Shown piece by piece: positions 53,921 to 64,000 of a stretch of DNA of 64,000 nucleotides. Under the pieces are notes generated by a model that saw only the letters and a program-made list of their open reading frames with translations, was not told the DNA's origin and did no database searches. A program made the translations under genes and the position numbers. Source of the DNA: Octopus vulgaris (taxonomy: Eukaryota); NCBI GenBank assembly GCA_951406725.2, contig OX597814.1, positions 48,856,001 to 48,920,000 of the forward strand, given 5' to 3'. Positions within the stretch are counted from its first letter, which is position 1, and every line of letters begins with the position of its first letter.

Positions 53921-54993
53921 TGTAAGCTGCAATTTACGAACCATATTTTCCTTGTTCTTTCTCCACCAAATATACCCAATCAAAATCAGGTCGATCTCGA
54001 AAAAATATCTGAATACAATCTGATAGGCATTTCACTCTTCATTTTACCAGTGTTGTCAATCCTGTGGACTTTATATTTTAATATCGACCAAACGCACCAC
54101 TTTTTAATGCAAACCATACTCTTCCTTCCTATATAAAAAGTCCACACAATGCTGTTTCTATCTATACAAACTACGAAGCTCTCTTTAATCTTCCTTCATA
54201 TTTTGTATACAGATTTCATAGCTTTGCAACCCAGTCGCCTTATGCCAGAATTTCTATTAACAAAACCTTAAACGTGTCATTTAGTAGACACATTATAATC
54301 TCTTTCAACATCACTTATACATCATTATTACAACATACCATGGAATCAGTCTTATACCATTCAATCTGCCTGCTTTGGTACACATCGCTAAAACCATCAA
54401 AGTCACTACAACTACTGATGATCTCCCTTTGTGAGAACATTTACACCTTTGAATTCTTTATAACATTGTATCTCAAAATACTGTTGAATCAAACTATATC
54501 TCAAAAATTGCCCACATACTTGGGACGACTGTATCCCAACCTCCAGAAGATCATCTGACTTGGCGGGCAAATATTTACTGACCAACATGCAACCAGGCAC
54601 CTGCAACTGAGATGGGGTTTCTCGGTCTCATCTAGTACCATTCTCATGGTTCTTGCTCCTCTGAACTTCAATGTTACATACAAATCCTATCGAATCTACT
54701 CGATATTCCTTGTGTTCATTAAAGGGAATTCCAACCACAAAATTACTACATTCTGGTATTCCCTCCCTACTCACACTTTTTCTACATATATTAATTTATA
54801 GAAGTTAGACATAATCATTATCGTCGCTCCTGCTTTAAGGTCTTCGAGGATTATGGACACTGATCTTCTTCCACGAATTTAATAATTTGAAAAATAAAAT
54901 AATTTCCTGTTTTATACTTTTCTTTGTTATCAAATTCATTGACTTCTTCAAAACAATTGAATTAAACATGTCAATCATTCTGTTTATTCTTAG

Positions 54994-55302
<309 letters not shown>

Positions 55303-56834
55303 TGAATATAGTTCGTTGCTTATTTTCGTTGATTTTGGAGCGGATGTTGATAATGAATGTGACTTTAAAATTTTCAAAATCGATGTAATATATTCTAATA
55401 GAATATTAAACCAATTCAAACTACTAACAGCCACCGTTGACGAAAATCATAGTGTGCCTAATTAATAAAATCAAAATTCTACTCCTTATCATGATATATC
55501 CATTTAAAGAATTCTCTCTCATTTTTATAAATTGCTTTGTTTACAACATTTACAGCCGATAATATTTCGAATTTCTAGAATTTAGCTGTATTTTGTCTGT
55601 AATATATTAGTGTTTTGGCAAAATAACTTTTGCCCCATTTAAATATGCTAACTTTAAATGGAGTATAAACACTCTTTTCTTACTTTTTTTTTATAGTTTC
55701 ATTTCAAAAAATACCTAAATGTAACTCATCTTCCTTTTCGACTTGCAACTGCTCGATATTTCTATCTCATTTATTATTCAGCATCGGTGAGCTCACGTTT
55801 GGTGCCAAACATCACCGGACAAACAAAATATTGCTTAAAATTTTATTTATCCCACTTAGTGTGAATATTCATAACGCAAATAAACAATATTGTACAATAC
55901 TTTTGCAAGGATGTGTCTAGTACATTGCTAGGTGTTTTGTACCTAGGTGTCTCGTTTAATGTGTCTTTTTACACAATCCTAAGCTAACAAGTGATATTTT
56001 CCTCATAACTATGGTAGGTTAGTAAAAACTGTCACATGCTCTACTAGGCTTGGCCTATGAATATACTATAATGAGACCCCATGGGATCAAAACTTAAGTT
56101 CAACGTACGATCGAGATATATACAAATCAGAATTTTAAAGTTGACTGGAGATTCGGCGTGTGTTATTCTTGGAGCTACGGTTTATGTGTGCTATGAATCT
56201 ACTGTATTACCATTTTCAAAACCCGTTCTGAATTCCGAAACATGCTTAGTCCCAAGAGACTATATATTTGCATTAACATTTTCATCAAACGGCATGTATG
56301 TCGTGTTCGTTTATACTATGTTGGGTTTGTTAGCATAAACTACATGTTCGGTACAACGGATCTTTAGTTTTTAAGATGAAAATAGACCGTTTTTTAAAGT
56401 AACATAAGTGTTTAGGTGGTAGTTAATGCATAATACTCTGAGAAGATATGTGATATTCTTAAATGCAATCACTTATATTGGCGAAATTTATCAACTTTAT
56501 TTGTTGTAATGTTTCTTTTCTTTAGTAAAAATTACAAAATTTCATTTTTTTTTTATTGTTTAAGCAAAACCGTAGATTATTTTTAAATTATCGCAATATG
56601 TTCCTTCTTAGACTATCTTAAATTATATTTTCGTCATTTCTCACGTACTAATAAAACGGAGAGTTTTCAAGCCAAATTTGCTTTTATACTTTAATATTTT
56701 ATATTTGATTTTTTGTTAACCTATAATTTAAAGTTTCTTCTCTGGCATTTGGACAAACTTTCTACATAATGACGAGAACGGTATTTTTATTATACATGTT
56801 TGAAATATCCGAGATAAACTTTTTCATTGTCATT

Positions 56835-57264
<430 letters not shown>

Positions 57265-57295
57265 TTATTCTCTTATCAAACATTCTTTCTAACAG

Positions 57296-57556
57296 CTGAG
57301 AAAGCCTACCACGAGCAATTGACAGTTCACGAGATTACAAACGCATGCTTTAATACAACTAACCAAATGGTAAAATGTGACTTGCAGCAAGGGAAGTACA
57401 TGTCATGCTGTATGTTGTACAGAGGAGACGTGGCACCAAAAGATGTCAACTCTGCTATCGCAGCCATCAAGACAAGAAATTCAATCCAGTTTGTGGATTG
57501 GTGTCCTACCGGCTTCAAAGTAGGAATAAATAACCAACCCCCAACACTTGTTCCAG
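57296..57556 (+). CDS. TUBA: Alpha-tubulin exon 6 ([11 protein letters not shown]...[23 protein letters not shown]); remaining exon(s) lie beyond the window
   Basis: taacag| acceptor and cag|gtctgt donor; 261 nt; [12 protein letters not shown] motif. No GDLAKV exon found before 64000. Confidence 0.97.
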
Positions 57557-57604
57557 GTCTGTATGTTTTAAATTTGATATTAGCCTATCTTAATAATGAT
57601 AGAT

Positions 57605-58090
57605 GAGGTCAATGTAATCGACTTTGCTAGCCTTGTTTCAAAATTTGAATTAATATTTTTTTCTTTTTGTGGTGAATAAGGCGTCGTGCCAGCAGAATAA
57701 CCAGCGCGCCGGACAAAATACTTAACGGCATTTCGTCTGTCTTTACATTTTGAGTACAAATGCTGTCGAGGTCATTCTTCCGGGATCGATAAAATAAGTA
57801 CCAATTAAGCACTGGGGTCGATATAATCGGTTAGCCTTCTCCCCCAAAATTTCAGGCCTTATGCCTGTAGTAGAAAGGAGTATTTTTATGGTGAATAAGG
57901 CGGCAAGTAGGCAGAATCGTTTGCGCACCGGGCAAAATGCTTAGCAGCGTTTCGTCCATCTTTACGTTCTGAGTTCAAATTCTACCGAGGTCAACTGGAG
58001 TCGGTAAAATAAGTACCCGTCAAGTACTGGGGTCGATATAAATTACCTGCCCCTTCCCCTCAAAATTGCTGGCCTTGTACCAATATTAAG
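57605..58090 (+). mobile_element. Cluster of family A SINEs (fragment plus two copies)
   Basis: Heads at about 57678 and 57897, each preceded by tggtgaataa. Confidence 0.82.
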
Positions 58091-59170
58091 AACTATCTTT
58101 ATACAGTCAGAATGAAAAGAAATCTGTGAAAGCCTATTAAATTCTTGCTTTACTGTGATAATTAACTTGTTTGTTTCTTCTTTTTCTCTGAGTGAAGAAA
58201 TTAGATGCATCGTTATCAATCAGAAACTCTGTTATTCTACAGAGTACTTTTAGAACTTGATGAAAAATTCTACATTTTAAAGGACATTTGTAGGGAATTC
58301 TTTTTTAAATATTTCTGAATTCTATTTTTAAAACTGTACATGCTTTTCGTTATTGTTTTTTGTCATATATAATTAAAATCTATTTGAATTTTTCTATCTT
58401 ATGTAGCTGGATTAAATACAGATTTGCCTTTGCTTCATCTTCAACTAAACGTTACTAAATATATTTTATTTCTTTTGCACTTGAATTTCGTGTGTGCGTG
58501 TGTGTGTGTTTGTTTGTGTGTGTGTGTAAGTGTGTGTGTGTATGTGTGTGTGTGTGTGTGCGAATGTGCGTGCATTATATTTCAATATGCAAATTTTTCA
58601 CTCTTACACAATTACAATATTGTACATCAATTTAATGATTATCTCATCACAACTTTCCTCATTACGGTGACATCTATATTCGTCTTGAGGAGGTCTAATA
58701 ACACCTAAACCTATCCAATGCTGTCTCCTGTCTTTACCAAATTCGTCACTGAGTTTTCTTTTCTTCGCCGCATAGGTATTTTTAATTCAAAATTCTACAC
58801 CCAATGCGTTACATATGTAAATACTATCTTATATCAATAATACATAATGAATTGGCAGTGAAAAGCAAAGTGGCACATTTGGAATACTATCTGATATTCA
58901 ATTTCCGTAGAACCTTATCATACGTATTTCCAAGATCGATAAATTAAGAACCGTACCATATTAGAATTGGTTCAATTTACCGTTAACGCACCCCACTAAA
59001 TATCTGGCTATCTGCGGAAGAAACCAATATTTCCTTTTGCTGATTGTATTTCATGACTTTAAACCAAAATCCCATTGCAATTTGCTCCATCAAGAGTGAC
59101 AATTGTATGTACGCTACGGCGTTTACTTTAGCAAGGTACAGTATTACTATCAAGTATAATGAGAAACTGT

Positions 59171-59728
59171 GGAGGCGCATGGCTTAGTGGTTAAGGTGTT
59201 GAACTCATGATCGTAAGGTTGTGGTTTCGATTCCTGGACCGGACAATGCGTTGTGTTCTTGAGCAAAACACTTCATTTCACGTTGCTCCCGTCTACTCAA
59301 CTGGCAAAAATGAGTAATCCTGCGACGAACTGGCGTCCCGTCCAGGTGAGGAATCTCTACGCCAATGAAACCGGGAAAACGGCCCTTATGAGCCTGGCAT
59401 GGCTCGAAAAGGAACATTAGTGGAGGCGCAATGGCCCAGTGGTTTGGGCAGCGGACTCGCTGTCGGAGGATCACGGTTTCGATTCCCAGATCGGGCATTG
59501 TGTATGTTTATTGAGCGAAGCACCTAAAGCTCCACGAGGCTCCGGCAGGGGGGGGGGCGACCCTTGCTTTACTCTTTCGCCCCAACTTTCACTCTTTCTT
59601 CCTGTTTCTTGAGTAACGCTGCGATGGACTGGCGTCCCGTCCAGCTGGGGGGAATACATATGCCACAGAAACCGGGAAACCGGGCCCATGAGCCTGACTA
59701 GGCTTGAAAAGGGCGCATAAAAAAAAAT
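59171..59728 (+). mobile_element. Tandem pair of related tRNA-derived SINEs (59171-59414 and 59422-59728) within one TSD
   Basis: 14-bp TSD ataatgagaaactg (59156-59169 and 59727-59740). Confidence 0.88.
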
Positions 59729-60055
59729 AATGAGAAACTGGAGATAAAGCGCAAATGCAAAAGGTGTAAAATTTCGTTATAACAGTCACAAGAAAATATG
59801 TGAACGAATGTAAAGCAGGATTTTTTAAAGTAAATATAATTAAATGTTATACAAGTAAGACAGAAAATTAATCTAAAACAAGATGTAAAAAAATTTAAAT
59901 GCATGATATAAAATATTTTAAAATAACAGAATGGTAGCAGCTGATAGAATTGTAGCAAACATGTAAAGCAACCATTGTATATTCTTGATGTTAACCAGAC
60001 AGATGGTTGTTTGCTAAATGGTAAAACCATAAAATTATCGAAGGTTCATTAACGT

Positions 60056-60220
60056 AGGCGTTGGAGTGGCTGTGTGGTAAGTAGCTTTCTTACGAACCAC
60101 ATGGTTCCGGGTTCAGTCCCACTGCGTGGCACCTTGGGCAAATGTCTTCTGTTATAGTCTCGGGCCGACCAAAGCCTTGTGAGTGGATTTGGTAGACGGA
60201 AACTGAAAAAAGCCCGTCGC

Positions 60221-60289
<69 letters not shown>

Positions 60290-60505
60290 TGTGTCTGTGT
60301 TTGTCCGCCAACATCGCTTGACAACCGATGCTGGAGTGTTTACGTCCCCGTAACTTAGCGGTTCAGCAAAAGAGACCGATAGAATAAGTACTAGGCTTAC
60401 AAAGAATAAGTCTTGGGGTCGATTTGCTCGACTAAAGGCGGTGCTCCAGCATGGCCACAGTCAAATGACTGAAACAAGTAAAAGAGTAAAAGAGTAAAGA
60501 GTAAG
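60056..60505 (+). mobile_element. SINE family B, full length, inside a ~190-bp duplication
   Basis: Same structure as 32287-32740; (aagagt)n tail. Confidence 0.92.
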
Positions 60506-61867
60506 AAAGACAGAACACTAATCTAAAACAAGATGTAAAAAGATTTAAACGCATGATATAAAATATTTTAATATAACAGAATGGTAGCAGCTGATAGAAT
60601 TGTAGCAAACATGTAAAGCAACCATTATATATTCTTAATGTTAACCAGACAGATGGTTGTTAGCTAAATGGTAAAGCCATAAAATTATCGAAGGTTCATT
60701 AACAGTTTAACCTTAAAATGAACATAGCCTTCAAAGCTTCATGCTTCATACGGGAAACAGAAAACAGACATAGAACTGAAATACAAGAACTTACATTATA
60801 ACTCAAGTGTGAGTGTGTAACAGAAAGGCATGTGTACGAGTATACGGTGAACATGTATATATATATATATATATATATATATGCATGTATGTGTGTGTAC
60901 ATGTATGTATGTATATATGTGTGAATGTATTTATGTATGTATGTGTGTATGTGTGTATGTATGCATGCATGTATGTATGTATGTATGTATGTATATGTAT
61001 ATTTGAGCATATGTGCGTATCTACAAGGTGTATTCAACAAAAAATATAACGGTGGGGTCAATGGTAATAAATAGATGTAATTTTTGTTTTAAATCTGTAA
61101 ATTAATAGAATTAAGATGAGAATTAGTAATTTGTAACAGTTCTTGGAAGTTTTCCAAATTACCATGTTAATCTAAATCTCCCGTTTCCATCTTACTACAG
61201 CCCTATCAAATTAAATATTACGCAGCCTGATTGCTTTCCTACATAAAACATTAGGCACATATATTAGACATACCCACCTCACAATGGTAGAATAAGATCT
61301 GTGGTAATTCAGAAAATGACAAAATTTTCACGATGTGTGGTCTTTTTGTGTTTACTAAGAGATGTTAGTTGTCTTTCCAAGAAAATAGTGTTCTTAGCAG
61401 TCAGCGAAATTATAGTTGTAAATTAGGTCAGATGAAGGATTTATATTATTGCTATTCAAGGTGTTAACATCTAATAACATTGAAGGAGGAGGTAAGACGA
61501 TCGGGATATTAGCGCGATGAAAGTATGTCATTGCAGAATAACCGTAAAATAAAACAGCAAAAACAAAAAAAATGAAAGTAACAATGAAGGCAAGGCCTTG
61601 TAAAAGGGGAAAGGAAGAGCAGAGTAAAAGAAAAAAACAAAGGAGAAAGAGTAAATGTGAGATGAGGTTGTGAATAAAGAAATTAGTGCGTTTGTAATCT
61701 TGTGTATACACCACCACAATCAGATTTTTGTAATATATAGAATTCACAAAATTAGAGGAAACTTTTAAACCAACTATTTATAAGTAGAAGTCAGCGTCTT
61801 TGCTCAACTGTTAGAAGAAGAAGGATAAAAATGAATATAGCTTAATTAATTTCAAGTCCCGAGTTTT

Positions 61868-61914
61868 GTCGTGCTGACGAGTCTAAAAGGAGGACGAAAT
61901 AGTACTTTTGCGAC
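61868..61914 (+). ncRNA. Possible degenerate minimal hammerhead
   Basis: gtcgt g CTGACGA gtct aaaagga ggac GAAA tag TA c tttt gcgac. Core and stem II are good; stem I is bulged and stem III is weak. Confidence 0.4.
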
Positions 61915-63884
61915 TACCAGTGATTTTCAGAACTTTATCTCATGGAAATGTAAAAAGAAAAAGAATTATATAGAAATATACTCTTAACTGTTTAATATAA
62001 CAAAAATAAAAATTCCTCAACGTGCTTAAAGCCAAAAGTAATTCTTTCCCCCACTTTGATAGCAGTCAACCACGTGTTCGTATGCATTTGATACTGCTTA
62101 ATGGCTTTAGTTCTACATTAGTTCTAACTTATTTGAGGTAACAACATTAAGTCTATATCGTTACCAAGGGGAAAATCAACTTCTGAAGCAGGATACAAGG
62201 AATATATGAGTGATCCTGCTCCAAAGTAAATCTTCCATTACAAAATGTTGTTTAAAAAGCTTTATCTTTCATCAGGCGGCGTAAAAAAAAAAGGATCTCG
62301 TTCCTCTGCGACAAGCTGTCAGTTATGTGGTTAGATGTAAAACTACCCAGAATATAAGAATGTATAGAAAAAGAAACCCATTTTATATCGAACAGGTAGA
62401 AACAATGTTTCGAGGAAAAGTTACGACAAATTGCTTAACATAGAATTAACTTACTAGAGTTATACATATTTTTTAACATACGTACTTCACAGAATTAGCC
62501 TAATATATGACCTTTTTCTTTCACATCCATGTGCACGCGCGCACATAGCGTGCAGGAGAGAATGAGGATAGTAAGGATGTCGTTCCATCAAAACGGTATA
62601 GGATGCTAAGCGTACCATGTACTATCGTTAAAATAATCTCAAAAAGGATTATTTAGGTTAGTGACTGTAAAATTCACTCAAAGTTTGTAGACTTCTGACC
62701 ATGTTAAATATCATTGCTTATCGAAAATATTGAAAAAAAAAAACTAAAGTTTTTTAGTCTATTTTTGTTTAAGCCTCGAACTATTTGAATATTGTATAAA
62801 AGGAATGTTGGAGATTAACACCGCTGTAAGATAGTTTGAGCACGAAATATATATATATATACCTAACTCTTCTGAGAGGTAACATTTTGTTAGCTACGTG
62901 GCCTTTCACTGAGTTTTTGTTATCATCTTGTATTTCTGTGCTTGCTAACACGATAGATGAGAGGAATCATCTGTTTCGTAGAAACTCTTGGTTTATCTCT
63001 TGATATGCGTCAACCTTTGTCTGCAAATGCAGTTAACTAAGAAAATATTAATTCAAAGAGAAAGATTTGAACACTCTCTGTTCTAATCTACTTCCTCTTT
63101 TTCACTCCCTATCAGTCATCGTCCGTCCTACATTCTTGTACTACAATTAAACATACTAACGATTCAAAAAGAAAGTATGTTTTCATGACTTAATGATTAA
63201 GAGAAAGATAACCACATGCTTCCCTAGAAACATTTCAGTAAGCAGAATAAAACTACTTTCGTCCCCTCTCCCGAGATGCTACTCTAAAATTTGAAGGTTC
63301 AAATGGACCTCGAAACTTTCTGTTAAATCTTTTCAATAAAGATATGAATATCGAGTGAAATTTAAAGCTGTACGTTTCTCCTTTTTGTTTTTTGTTTTTG
63401 TAGAAATATATGATTAGTATAAAATATAAGCAAAGTAGACAGATTTTTATGCATGATTATGAATGTATGGTTGATTGAATATGGTAACTGATCTCAATGG
63501 CTGAGATGACTACTGGTAATTTTTTATGCGCACCAGAATGACCAAACATCAATACACTTATACAAATTAACGAGCTGCTTGTGAAACTATCTTTCCTAGT
63601 AGTTTTTACAGCGAAATTTCAAACACTATCAAAATCAATACTCAGTTTCGCATTTTGTATATTTTCATGAATATACTAAACTAACCTAATCTGAAGAATG
63701 ATTTGTATTGCAGTACTTTTCGTTTCGAAAATATCATTCAGAACTTCAGTGGAATCTTAAACGGAACATAATTCGAGCAATTTTAGATGCTCGAATATTT
63801 AAAATATTAATCTGACATACATAAAAATAAAACTCCGAAACTGAACACATCGAACAATATGTTAAAAGGTATTATTGTCGCACA

Positions 63885-64000
63885 GGCGGCGAGCTGGCTG
63901 AATCGTTAGCACGCCGGGCGAAATGCTCAGCGGTATTTCGTCTGCCGCTACGTTCTGAGTTCAAATTCCGCCGAGGTCGACTTTGCCTTTCATCCTTTCG
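63885..64000 (+). mobile_element. SINE family A, cut by the window end
   Basis: Young head and core. Confidence 0.9.

Noticed and set aside
57557-64000. Final alpha-tubulin exon (GDLAKVQRAVCM...)
   Set aside because: Not found by eye; it probably lies beyond the window, so no truncation is claimed.

Overview
AT-rich, microsatellite- and SINE-dense eukaryotic DNA. The repeat families suggest an octopus or related cephalopod (inference from memory of the families, not checked). The only host gene I can support is a divergent alpha-tubulin on the + strand: five internal coding exons at 47370-57556, a candidate ATG exon at 38485-38519, and a C-terminal exon beyond the window. It lacks Lys40 and has an acidic luminal loop 3 residues longer than usual. 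Almost all entries in the ORF track are microsatellite artefacts. The main find is a set of hammerhead ribozymes (HHRs). A near-identical 359-bp tandem array (34375-36256, about 5.2 units) carries one minus-strand type I HHR per unit, with a palindromic stem III and an atypical core; this is the layout of a non-LTR retrozyme. A diverged solo relative at about 49.7-49.9 kb shows compensatory changes in stems I and II and in a second hairpin. Other minimal HHR variants occur downstream of a Penelope GIY-YIG remnant (7904-7945, U3-A8 swap), in a small repeat present twice (1353-1390, 21904-21941), and possibly at 61868-61914. The window also holds mariner, Tx1/L1-like LINE, Helitron and hAT remnants, several SINE families (one sharing its tail with the LINE), and a ~190-bp duplication around a SINE. 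All folds and alignments were done by eye.
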